Assembly: GCA_016748015.1 (NCBI GenBank)
Contig: JAAOMT010000436.1
Location: 631,522-695,521, forward strand
Length of the DNA stretch: 64,000 nt
DNA from: Geosiphon pyriformis uo1
Taxonomy: Eukaryota > Fungi > Glomeromycota
Reading direction: 5' to 3'
Shown here piece after piece: positions 1 to 12,299 of this stretch (positions are counted from its first letter, which is position 1; each line of letters begins with the position of its first letter). Both the position numbers and the translations under genes were made by a program. The notes below the pieces were generated by a model, which had not been told where the DNA came from, ran no database searches, and saw only the letters and a list, made by a program, of their open reading frames with translations.

Positions 1-1959
1 GTAACTGATGTTTTTCGTCTGGGGACCAATCTGTTAGGATTGTTAATGTCTCCAAATATTGTTTGAGATTGTTGTAGTTTTCGGGGTTCATTGTTTGTTG
101 TTTTGATGCTGTTAATTCAAATGGATATTGGTTTTTGTTTTCTAATCTTGCCTTATTTTTAAGAGACAATCAACGTTGGTGTGGAGTTTTCCTGGTTTGT
201 GGTGTACGATGTATTGGTAATTAGCTAAAAATCCTGTCCATCGGGTTTGTTTTGCGTTCAGCTGGGTGTTTTTGTTTTGAAGCCATTTAAGTCCAATATT
301 ATCAGTGATAATATCAAATTCTTTGGGTCTGAGGTAAAAGTTGAAGTGATGTAGGACCCAGATTACTGCTGCAGTTTCTAATTCTGTTGTGGGGTAGTTT
401 TTTTTGGCTGGCTTTAATGTTCTACTAGCATAAACAATTACTCGCTTATTTCCATTGTCATCTAACTGTGATAGGATGGCACCAAAGACAGTATAAGAGG
501 CGTTAGTTGCTAACTGGAATCGGTTGCTGAAATCTGGGTAGGCGAGAATTGGAGCTGTTATAAGTTTTTTCTTAAGTATCTCGAAGGCATTTTGGTGTTC
601 TTCTGTCCATTTGTATTCGACATTTTTAGTAGTAAGCTGGTTGAGGGGTTTTGCAATTTCTGAGAATCTTTTGATGAATTTTCGGTAATAGAATGCTAAT
701 CCAATAAATCCTCTTAATTCTGTGGTATTTCATGGAGTCTTGAAGTTCTTAACAGTACTGATTTTTTCAGGGTCTGGTTTAATTCCATCTTTGCTAACAA
801 TGTGACCAAGGAAAGCTAAACTTGTTTTTTCAAAGTAGCATTTTTCAATGTTCAGTTTTAATCCTGCTTTTTGTAATCATTGAAAAACTTCTCGCAAGTG
901 AATTAAATGTAGCTCGAAAGATGGTGAATAAACATCAGTGTCATCAAGATAAACTACTACTGATTTCCAAAGGAGGCCTTTGTAAACAACATCCATGAGT
1001 TTTTGGAATGTTGCTGGTGCATTGCATAATCCAAAAGGCATTACATTGAACTCGTAATTTCTTTCTTGAGTGGTGAATGCTGTTTTGGGGCGGTCTTTGG
1101 GATCCATAGCAACTTGCCAGTATCCACTCTCTAAATCTAATGTTAAAAAGTATTTGGACTTTCCAAGGACATCCAACATGTTATCAATTCGGGAAAGAAG
1201 GTAGGCATCCCCAATGGTAACACTATTGAGTTGTCAGTAATCAACACAAAATCGTATCTTTCCATTTTTCTTTTTAACTAGGACCACAGGTGAGGCCTAT
1301 GGGCTCATTGATGGTTGAATAAGCCCATTGTTAAGCATCCGTTGTACTTCTTCTTGGATAAATTGGTGACTTTTTGGGGCAACTTGGTAGGCTTGTTGTC
1401 GCCTTGGTTTGGCATTTCCTGTATAGATTTGGTGTTGAACCAAATCAGTTCTTCCTAAGTCATTGTTGTTTTTGGCGAAGATGTCAGCAAATTCTGCAAT
1501 TAGCTTTTTGAGCTGGGTCTATTGTTGTGGTTCAAGTTGTCCCATGTTGATTCGAGATAGTTTTTTCATGACAACATGGTAGTTTTCAGAGCTAGGGTTT
1601 GGGTTGATTTTTAGTAGTGAATGTCCAATAATTTCAGGAAAATCAGGAACTGTTTGGAGTAATTCTTGTTGAAATATATTACTGTGAATAACTCCAATTT
1701 CTAAATTATTTAATAAAATTATGGGGTAATTATTGGGGTTGTAAAAAGTAACTCGGACTTTCTTTGTTCCTTCTGGAATATAAATGTTTGGGATCAAAAT
1801 ATTATGTTCCAAGCAAACTTGTTCATTGGACTCAAAAATTTGTTGTGTGGTTGTTGGCTTTGTGCAAGTGTAGATTTCCGGATGTTCTCCAAAGGGTGAG
1901 ATAGTAATCAGTTGTGGAAGTCTGAGAATCTGGTGGGATTCGTTCTGTGTGTTAAGAAC

Positions 1960-2365
1960 TATATTAACTGGAACTGTGAATCGTCCAGTTGAACCAAAAC
2001 CTTGGGTTCCTCTATCACTTTTTCCTAATTGTTCTCTTTGATTGACTAGTTGCAAACCCGAAATGTGGATTAAGGGTAGGTAAATAGCTTGGGCAATTTT
2101 TTCAGCATGTTCAATCTTGAATGGTTTGTCAGTTTCATTTTGAAGCATCACTGTTATGTCTTCAGTATATCCAGCATCGATTATTTCTCCTCTGACATTG
2201 ATTCTTTTGCTTACCAGAGAAAACCGGGAGGTGATTTAAAGCATTGCTCCTGGTGGGATTTCGAGTGCAATTTTGAGATTGATTTTTGTGAGAGATTTGG
2301 GTTTGAGAACAAGAGTATCCTTGCCTGAATATCTTAGGTCATATCCGGCATCAATTTCGTGTGCT
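1960..2365 (-). pseudogene. Retrotransposon-encoded dUTPase domain between PR and RT
   Basis: All five trimeric dUTPase motifs recognisable: DAGYDL, (S)R(S)SL, GxIIDAGY, AEKIAQ, RGTQGFGSTG. Confidence 0.9.
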
Positions 2366-5300
2366 TTTTTGGGTTTTATTCTTTGTCCGTTGTTGTTGAA
2401 GTATTTAAGTTGTAAGGCAGGCTGATTTTCAATAAAGTAGATGAGTGTTGTTTCAATTTTTTCCGTTTCTTCAGGTTCTCCAAATTCAATTTCATTCTCA
2501 TCATTTTCGCTGGGCAAGGGGATACTAAGAGCATAGCATTCAGGACACCATTGTTCATCGCAAGGCATAATGCATTCTTCACATAGCCTAATGTTCATTT
2601 GTTTTAATTATTAAATTTGAGCTTCTTGGATCGGGTAGGTGTGATTTGCAATTTGGTGGTAGACTTCTACTTCATCTTCATAATCGAATCCAGCTAATTC
2701 CATGGTGTATTCAATGTATTCTGCTTCCTTCATTTGACGAATATCTTCTTTGGTAGCTCCATTAATTAATGTTATTACTAAGTTGAAAATCATCTCGGCA
2801 TTATGAGGGTAGTGATAAAGTTTGTTGAGAGCACTGTTGTATGCTGCATTAAAGGGTGTTCCTCTTTTTACTTTTTCTGAAATTAATAAAGCATATTAGC
2901 AGGTCTGATTGCAGACGCCTCCTCTCATTGCTACATCAATCTAATTGCATTCTTTCAGTAGCATATCTCCACAAGTTAAACAAAGGGTGTTGTCCCATTT
3001 TTCACTCCTTTTTATTAAATGGCCCCATCGCTTTCTGTGACAAGCCTTGCAGTAATAACAAGTATGATTCTCATATTCTTCTTCAGGTGAAATGCAGATT
3101 TCCATTGATGATAGTTTCTTGTGGCAGTCCTTACATTTAAGGAGAATATAGGGGCATTGTTTTTTTGGTTCGGGTTTTGAGTAAGGTATATTCCATCCAG
3201 AGGTTTTGGGTTTAATGTGTGGGGTAAAATGTTCTTGTTCTGTTTCATCGGCCCAGTTGGACGTTGATCCAAGAGCCATGAATGTTTTGATTATTGATTT
3301 TTTTTTTTCTGGTTCAAATTCAAAAGCTGGGGCTTTTTCAGAGCGTTTGTTAAATGTACCACAAATGGCAGATACCCGGGCATATTGTCCTTGGTAGGAG
3401 ATTGTTAACTCTTGTGTTTCCCAATTCAGATTAGCATTGGCTTTTTGAAGCCAATCATTTCTGACGAGGGCTTGGTACTGGGGTGCGTCCATTACAAGAA
3501 CTTTGACTGGAATGGTGATTCCATCAAGAGTGAATGGAAAATTGTCAATTTCTCCTACTGGGGTCTTTTTCATGCCATCGGCAGTGATGATTACTGTTTG
3601 AGCTGGTCAGTCAACATTTCTTTTCAACTGTTGCATTAACTGGTAGGTAATAATGCTTTCAGTGGATCCACTGTCTAGAATCAAGTGAATTGGCTTTCCT
3701 TTTACTTCAGCTTCTGTGTACATTGCAGTGATGGCTTTTTGCTCATTAGCCGCTGCATTACTAAACAAGAATGGTAATTCATTTGCTTCAAATTCAAAAG
3801 GAAAGATATCAGAAAGATTGGCATTTTCAGTAATTCAGGCTGATGGAATAGTGGTGTGATTATGAGAAGAGTTTTATTGTTGTTGTGCTGCAGCTCTACC
3901 TTCCGAGAGTACAGTATGGTAAAAATCCTGTTCTTCTGGCATTGTTAAATAACTGGGTTGAGTGTGGTAATGGTTGGGTCTTGGTTGAGTGGTATTTCGG
4001 GGAACCAATTGGTTTTTTGAACTGATTCTACTGTTGTTTACTTGGTATTGGTTTTGTGGTGTGAATTGATTTTGTGTAATCAGTCTTCGAGTAGGTACTT
4101 AATAATGTTGTGTAGGTGGTTGTTGGTATTGCTGTTGGATTGGTTGTGGGGTGGGCTGATAATAGTTATTTTGGTATTGGGATCTTGGTAAATAGTAAGC
4201 TGGTAGTGATGGTTGATAATAAGATTGCTGTGGTGAAGAGTAACGTTGATTACCCCTATTTTGTTGGTCTCATTGCAGCTTTCTGTAATTTCTTTTCCAG
4301 TGGCCAGAGATTCCACAGTAATGGCAATTCTGGGGCTGGTTATTGGAAAGGGGTGCAAAGTTATTTTGATTTCGTCTTTGGGGTGGTTGATATCTTTGGA
4401 GTTGTTGTTTTTGTTGGTTGGTAAAATAGTTTTTGACTTTCTTTGTGAATTCGTCAATTTTTTCCTCAGCTGCTGAGCTGGTTTTTCCAATTGCCAAATT
4501 TACAAGTTTTGTATGATTGGCTTCTTCTATGGCCATTTCATATCTTTTTGCATGCAGTATGGCAGAGTTTAAATCTTTTGGCGTGTGTGGGCGAACTTTT
4601 TTAATTAGTTTATCTTTTAGACCAGCGATAAATTGATCCAAGATTTAAGCATCAGAATAATAATCATTTGTCTCGAGTTGGCGAATCTGTCTGAGAAGTT
4701 TGTTGAATTTCCCAATATAAGTCATAATAGATTCGGAGGGTTCTTGTTTGATATTTTGAAAACAATTATGAAGGGTGATAAAGGTATTATTGTTAGTGAA
4801 CTGTTCAAGGAAGGCTGCTTTGAAAGCATTCCAATCATTGAATGGGGCAGCAAAGTTTTCAAACCATTCTTCTGCTGTTTCTTTGAGAAAATAGGGAATT
4901 GTTCTTAACATTCTGGCAGTGTTCTATCCATTTGCATCTCCAGCTTTAGTAACTTGGTCGAGCCATTCTTGGGGACTGGTCTCAATATCTTCTTCATTGA
5001 ATTCAGGGATTTTTGCGATGTATGTTGTTATTTCGTCTTCTCCGTTTTCACTGTCTATTGATTTTTCTTCGGTTATTTCAGAGTTGTTTTTTTCGTTTGC
5101 AGCTGTCTCAGAGTGTTCACTTTGATTTTCAGCTAGAAAATCAAGGAGATTGGAACTAGTTTGAAGGAGTTCTTGTTGTCTGGTGGGACTTCTGAGTGAT
5201 GTAAAATTTTTTGGTCTTGTAAATTGATTGAAGGGTGAATTAGGTGTTTGTGCTTGTGTAAGTGAAGCTGGAAAAAGTGTAATAGTAAGTGGAAGTTTTG

Positions 5301-5778
5301 AGCTGGTTTCTTGTTCAGGTGTTTGTAGATGTTTGAATGATATTTTGGGAGTATTGGGTGTTGTGTGAACAGGTCGGTTATCTTTTTGTCTTTTGTTGCT
5401 ACTGGTTTCAGATTCAGATTCAAGTTCAAAGGCAAATTGTGCATTTGCAGAATATTTTTTTTCACAGAATCGAATGATATTATAATTGAGTTCCTCAAAA
5501 TAAGTAGCACAAGCTTCAGCACTAATGTTTTCTGATTCAGTGTTGGAATAGTGTAGTATGTTCTCAAGAAGATTTCTTTTAACTGTTGTAATATTATAGT
5601 TCCCAAAGAGGTAGTTGTTGATTCAATTTTCGATGTATTAAAAAAGTGTTTTCTTGAAAGCTATGATTCCATCGCGTATTTCAAATCATTGTTTGCAGTG
5701 TGTGTAAATTAATTGATAGTACTCTAAGGTTGTGATGTCTGAGGCGGTTGCCACTTTGAATTTGTTGCTGTGTTATTT

Positions 5779-5794
5779 CCATGGGAGAGCACCA
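5779..5794 (-). promoter_or_regulatory. Primer binding site, family A
   Basis: TGGTGCTCTCCCATGG, 2 nt after the LTR end; complementary to a tRNA 3' end ...GAGAGCACCA. Confidence 0.75.
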
Positions 5795-5796
5795 AA

Positions 5797-6754
5797 TGTT
5801 ACTGGAGGTTTTTGGTCTTTTTTCTTAAATGTTGGTAATGTTAATTTGCTGTGAATTTGCGTTTTCAGGAAGTAGTTGAACCTCCAATAACTGAATTTAT
5901 CTTCAAATTATCTCCTATAATTTGAACTGCTGGGCTTATAAGTGGAATGGCCAATTCCTTGCCAGTTACTTTATGTAGTTATGTTGTAGTAAACGTCAAC
6001 TCTTTCCCAGGAATTGCTTGTCTGGAAGCTCACTAAAATGTATAGTTACTCTGCTGTAAAAGTCAACTTTTCTACAGGAATTTTGTCTATAGGCTACCCT
6101 AATGATTGTAATAAAAAAAGAAAAGGAAAATAAAAGAAATGTAAAAGAAATAGAATTTTGTCAAGAGAAACGTTTTCTATCCAGGCCTGGAGTCACTAAC
6201 AGTTTACTGAAATTGGTAGCTAATCAATTTCGAAATGTTAGTTGGGTTTTGGGGATTTTCCAAGTACAATAATTAAAGAATTTGGTTTTTCGAATTATTT
6301 GATATTTATTTTTTTTTGTGTGTATAGGAATGGTTTTAAGAGATAAATCTAAAGTAAGATACATTTTTTCGAAGAGAGAAGCTCTTCTTTTATACAATTT
6401 GTCATAACACTATTCTATGAACTTAAACTTTGCTATTTTCTACAATTTCGCTGAACTAAAGATACATTTCGGTGAACTATTAGATATTTCAGTGAACTAT
6501 CAATTATTTCAGCAAATTTCTACAAATTTCGGCGAACTTCTGAATGTTACATAGTTCGGGGTATTGCATGATTGATCATCGCAATTAGGTTATATTTGTG
6601 TTGTGTACAATTTGGGTTATTAATTAAATGATAATTTTGGACATTTTGCTAATGTAATAAGTGATAATTTGAAATAATAATATATGCTAATTAATGATAA
6701 GAATTATAAGGGTAATTTCATGCTAAATAATATCTCTAATTTTGTCTGGTAACA
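5797..6754 (-). repeat. 5' LTR of family A (~958 bp)
   Basis: Minus strand begins TGTTACC and ends AGTAACA; colinear with 38815-39795; followed by PBS; contains imperfect ~20-bp internal repeats near 6445-6545. Confidence 0.9.
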
Positions 6755-9700
6755 CTGCCTGGCAATCTGAAAACAGGCAAACAGAACAATCCACAAGTAT
6801 GCACTCCAGAGCTAACGCTATAGCCTGCAACTCTGCCAAAGTAGATGACATCAAACCCTGAACACAGACACCCAAACCCAAGTTAATGTCCTCAAAAAAG
6901 GCAGCAGCCCCGGCCTTACAACCAGTCATGCCCAAATTTTTTACCAACCCATCCATATACACAGACAAACTATCAGTGCCAACCCAAGAAAGACAATCAC
7001 ATACAGACACAAAATCATTAGAGCCACAAATGTCCACAGGACTACCACCACTCAAAGCCAAAAGAGAGGGAGGCACACCACTAAAAAATGCAACAGAGTG
7101 CCTGAACCACTCAAGAACTGGACCACGAGGATCCAGTTTCTTCCACCACTTAAAGGTGTACCAATCGAAGATATCCCCATGATGATTCCAAAGCTGATCC
7201 ACAAAGGCAATGCCATAATGCTGGAGAGAAGGCAAGTATTTGAAAAACAAGAATTCGTTCAGAACAGCAGATATAGACACCCCATTACAAAACCAAAAAG
7301 AGCTGACCAAAGAGCCACTTAAAGACAAATTGCATTCAAGAAGAATGTGTACCAAACCTGACAAGAAATTATTGAAAACACAGACACGAATATGAGCTGG
7401 TGAACTCAATGGATGAATGGGGTGCCAACACAGAACCTGCAAGTTGTGAGACCTGTGACTAAACAATCGACCCAGAACTCCACAGGAGTTCACAAAACTA
7501 ATAAGAGAAGCAACCTTGCTTTCAGACTGACATTGTGAGAAAGACCTCAAACCATAAAAGAAAGGATGATGAATCATGTCACTAGGAAAATCAAGAGAAA
7601 GACCAGATTTAAGTTTTAAACCCTTGCAAATCAGAGCATTCCACTTGTCACATACACTAACAGAGACAAAGCTGAACAGTATTTTGTAGCTAACTATAGG
7701 ATGGAGAACTGCTGATACCAAGTATAAGAACTGCTTATTTGAAACCACTTTCTTTAGAACCAAATTACTAAAAAAACGAACATCTGAATGTGCTTTAGCC
7801 AAACTAGGCTTAGAAAAACCATCAGTTGAGAGAAAAATACCAAGATACTGATGAGAATCGCCTTTTTTGGCTATAAAAATGGGTGAACTACTGATGAAAA
7901 GAGATGGATTGCTGATCCTGTTATTAATAGGAATAACCACAATTTTGTCATTATTGATTGAAATGTCATTAATCCGAAAAAATTCACTAGCAACATTGAG
8001 AATATGTTGAGTAGCAGTCTGACTGCTGTCAACCCAAATCATGTCATCAACAAAGGCCCCAGCAGCAAAAAAAGTAAAAAATCCAGTCTGAGATTCAGCA
8101 CGACCATTCCTAGAGACAAAATGGGAATTGAGTCTATACCCATATACACTCTCCTGACACTTGACTTCACACAAAAGAAGATCATAAAATATGCGTTAAA
8201 GAAGAGAGGAAAAAACTTCCCCTTGGTCCAACCTATTATGTACACTATAATCATCAGTTAAACCAAAATCTGTCATAATCCGATTGGTCCGATTTCTATA
8301 AATATTACCAAAAAAGCAAATAAATTTGTCACATATTTTGATCTTAACCAAACAATTCTTGAAATGCTCCCACCCAACAGAGTCGTATGCCTTTTACATA
8401 TTCTGCAATACCAGCCAGAGCTCCCTGTTCTTCTCCAAAGCATCCTCAACAACTGAACCAATAGCAAAAATAGAAGTTTGGGTAGTTGTACTCTTCAAAA
8501 CTGAAAAATTATCCCCACGAAAAATGTCATGAGCACTGCATGCTAGCAATATCCTGTCAGAAAGAATCTTGGAGAGAATCTTGCAAGCCGTTTCAATTAA
8601 GGCTATAGGTTGGGTATTTGTGAGGACACCTTCCCACTTGTATGGTTTAGGGATCATTGAAATCCAAGTTTCTCTCCAAGGACCAGACACAGACTCATGA
8701 GACAGACAAGAATTCAGAAGCACCAAAAACATATCCAGAACAGACTTGTCACTATGCATTCACAGCTCATTTGAAATACCCGAAAGACTAGCAGCCTTGC
8801 CAATAGGCAAATCAGAAACCACGCCAAACAATTCCAAAAACTCAATTGGCTGTATTACATCAGAAAAAGCCTCATCAAAAATGTAATCCAATGGCCAATA
8901 CTGACAATGCCACACATCAGGGACATTGGGAACCATCTTACACTTCCTAGTCCATCCTTCCATGATTTCATCCACCCTTGATCTCATAAGACCAGGTTCC
9001 AAAATCAGCTCATCATCCACAACTAAGTGATCCAAAATGACTTTATGGAAAGGGTGCTTCAGAATGCTCTGAATAGTGTGACTCTTGTTCAGCTTGAAAC
9101 TTTCTATCCTCTTATTGATTGCTGATTTGATATAAAATTCCTCTATGCGCTTCGATTCTGCTATTTTAAGTAAGCAATAAGTTTTTCTGACCTTGGAAAG
9201 GACTAACCAAACAGTATTAAAATGAGAGCTGGAGAGAAAAAGAGATCTGACCATAGAGGCGTTATCATTATCAAGAGAACCCCAGACATCCAACAGTAAA
9301 ATGAATTTGTTATGACAAATCAACTGAGAAGCTTTAACCAGCTTTGATATCAAAAGTTCTAACTTATGAAATTTGGATGATTCCCTAGTGAAGACACCAT
9401 CATAGTCCTTAAATCATTTCTTCTTGAACACTTCATCAGCTAAAAGAACCATTATCTTGTAAACAATGTTCCACATCACATCCAAATCCGAGAATTGCTG
9501 GGAGGCAATAAAATCATCAGAGAACATGGCAGCATTAGCAGCTGTAACACCCTTGAACTTGTTCCATTTCGCATTATCAGCACCCTTAAAATTAAACTTC
9601 CAATGATTTTTACTCACCTGTTTGCAAAGAGAGTTCAACTGCACATCCAATAAACCACCCAAACCCAAAGACACAGAAACAGTCTGATGGTTTGTTTCGA

Positions 9701-10358
9701 AATGCTCACCAACATCTGAGACACTGCGGTGTACTATCACATTAACCAAATTTGAAAAAACCATCACAAAGTCAATCGTTTTCCTAACACCTCTAGAGTT
9801 TGTCCAAGTGAGCAATTTCACAGCCAGACTTTCAACCAAAGAATTTGCCAAACCCAAATCAAGGCACTTCCTAAAACTTGCACACTTACAAGAACTATCT
9901 TCATTGAAATTGCCACCAAGAACAATGAAAGAAGATTTATTAACAGTCTTCGCAATGAGAGAGTTGATTTCATCAGCCTGAGAAAACTAAACTGCCAGAG
10001 AAGCACCAGCATAAAGCCTCAAAATCAACACAGAAAGTTTGTCCTTAAAAAGTAATTTAATGGACAGGAGCTGACCAGGCACCTCAAAAACCTTGCATAC
10101 ATGATAAGCCAAAGAAACGTCCATGATAACAGCAACACCCGCATCCAAGTGACCAGAGTCTAAACCAGAAGTAAACACTTGGACACCATTAAACTTATCT
10201 GCAATCCACAGACAAACCTTACCTCTTAATTTCGTTTTAGTAATGATAGAGACCAAATTGTTCATTTTCTTATGCCACCTAATAATGTTCTTCTGCTTAG
10301 TGGAATTGTTCATGCCCCTGACGTTACACGTAGCAAATTTCCAGACCAAACTGCTCAT
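6755..10358 (-). pseudogene. LINE ORF2 (AP endonuclease, RT, RNase H), truncated by LTR insertion
   Basis: Motifs in ORF fragments 9987-10358, 9414-9857, 8760-9353, 8394-8759 and 6723-8174. Confidence 0.9.
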
Positions 10359-12145
10359 TGAGTGAGGGGCAGAGACACTGAATGCGCACTTATACTATCC
10401 ACTTTGGCCAAAAGGCCCAGAACTGTTTCCATCAAACACTTCATGCTGTCTTCCAGCTTAGACACCGAAGACATATCAAAAGACACTGCTCCTGCAACAG
10501 TCCCACCACCAGTGGACACACCCGAGCCCTCACTTATCACTACATCTGCCCCTTGATTCTGTGATGAAGAGGTCACCAATGGTTAACATCCAGGGCTAGA
10601 CTGGGGAACCATTGGCCTGAGTGCATCCAACCTCTTAGCCAGCTTACCAACTTGCTCCGTGAGGCTGGCAAGACTGCGTTTAAAAGCAGCAAACCTATTG
10701 TTGACCTCCATCATAACTGGTAACGGCTTTATCTCCAAAAAAGAGCCATTATTCACCAAAACATTCTGACTAGAGAAGGGGAGAAAAGAAGACCTGCAAG
10801 CAACCTTTGTCCAAGAGAGACCACCAAAAGAGACTGGATGAGCAACTGGAGCTGAGCGTTTGGCATAGATGGCTGCCAGCCTGCTTTTATCTATGTCCGA
10901 GAAAGCCCTACATGACGAATTACCAGAAGAAAATTTCTCACCAACTACACAATCTAATGACGTATGACCCAACTTTTCACACTTGGCACATTTAACAGAA
11001 ATGAGACAAGACCAGTGGAGATTGGCATTTCTAAGTACTGACATGATTCCCACAGCAGCATTCAATGATTCAGCAGAGTCGAAGCAAACAACAGCACACC
11101 TGGCCCAAGCATACATAACAGGATAATGATCAATGATGCATGTTTTTCCACCCACAGATCTAACAAAGTCCCAAATATCATGAGCATTAGTCCCTATTGG
11201 CAATATGTAGAGCAGTGCCCTATGTCAATTCCTTTTGTCCCACGCCTCTTTGTCTAAATCAGTCTTAGCCATGTGTACAGCATCTTTCTCAATCAGAATA
11301 GACCACTCAGCTGCAACCAAATCAGCCTGATCCAAATGCTCAAAATCTACCACTGCCTTCTGCCACAGCCTGATTAATTGCATCTTGATTGCCTTAACAA
11401 CTCCAAACTCAGATAGCGCAGCATGCACAGCCTCAGCTGACATTTCAATCAGAATTTCTTTTATGACCACAGCCTGATCTGACCACCCAGAAGATTTTTT
11501 GAGATTAGTGTTTACTAGGATTTTCGCACTTGCAGCCTTATCAGTAGCTTTCATAAGACTCGATTCGGAAGTGAATGTCACTTTGATGATCCCTGAAAAT
11601 TTTGAGGGGGTAGACACTCCCCCAAAACCATTGATTTCAGAAAATAATTTTCTTACCACTACAAGCTTTTTCTGAGAAGATTTGCTGGCCACCTTATCCA
11701 AGCCAATATCCAATGTAAATAACCTTCTAACTGAAACATTAACCAAGTTTTTTATAAGAGGGGGGAGTTCAAGAGGAGCATCTGAAAGAATACCATTATC
11801 ATTACTACTCTTTGAGAAATCAATCTTTCCCAATGGCTTGCCCAATGCCTTCTTGGTTTTAACTTTTGAACTTGTGGGTGCCTGATCATGATTCCCACCA
11901 GCCAGAACACCACTTTCACCATAATCAAAGCTGGTCTTCTCCACCAGACACTCCTTTTCCATATTAACACTCTCAGACTCAGTAGTGTCCCCAGTCTCTG
12001 AACCCCATGAACAAACATCAGGAGCTTCAGCAGCAACCCTTTTATTATCAACATCCTCTGCCAACACACTTCTCTTCCTTTTTTTCCTCGATGCAACCGC
12101 CTTGAAGCCACTCTTAGAACCAAAAACTTTAGCAGTTTTTTTCAT
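10355..12145 (-). pseudogene. LINE ORF1 (nucleic-acid-binding, CCHC zinc knuckle)
   Basis: In-frame ORF pieces 11225-12145, 10583-11203 and 10355-10579 separated by stops; basic N-terminus; CX2CX4HX4C. Confidence 0.85.
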
Positions 12146-12299
12146 AACAGTAATAACAAAGCCAACAGTAGTCTCATAATTGAAGAACAGTTTTGATTTA
12201 TCATACTGAATGGTAAAAAACTTCTCTTGAGAAAACTTTTGACTCTTTTTTTGAAAATTTTGGATGAAAAGAAGAAAGAAGTTTTTTATTTATATAAGA

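Larger units (their letters stand above)
1..6754 (-). mobile_element. Ty3/Gypsy LTR retrotransposon, family A copy 1 (5' LTR, PBS, gag, PR, Cys-rich region, dUTPase, RT, RNase H, start of integrase); continues off the left edge; disrupted by stops and frameshifts
   Basis: gag with CCHC-like knuckle CHYCGISGHWKRNY (~4290-4330); protease IHLILDSGS (~3665-3690); dUTPase DAGYDL...RGTQGFGSTG; RT LDLESGYWQ, MPFGLCNAPATFQ, YLDD (877-1179); RNase H motifs (~150-520); LTR and PBS identified. Confidence 0.95.
6755..12290 (-). mobile_element. Non-LTR (LINE) retrotransposon, relatively well preserved; ORF1 plus ORF2 (APE-RT-RNase H); interrupted in RNase H by family A copy 1
   Basis: ORF1 12145-10355 with CAKCEKLGHTSLDC knuckle; ORF2 from 10358 with APE KFATCNVRGMNN and TIDFV, RT PIALIET, QGEVFSPL, AFVDD, RNase H VYMDG...AELQAI...FSDCQA; scattered in-frame stops. 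Confidence 0.93.

Noticed and set aside
6723-6754. C-terminus LPDKIRDII of ORF 6723-8174 as a LINE-LTR fusion protein
   Set aside because: Just read-through of the interrupted LINE frame into the inserted LTR
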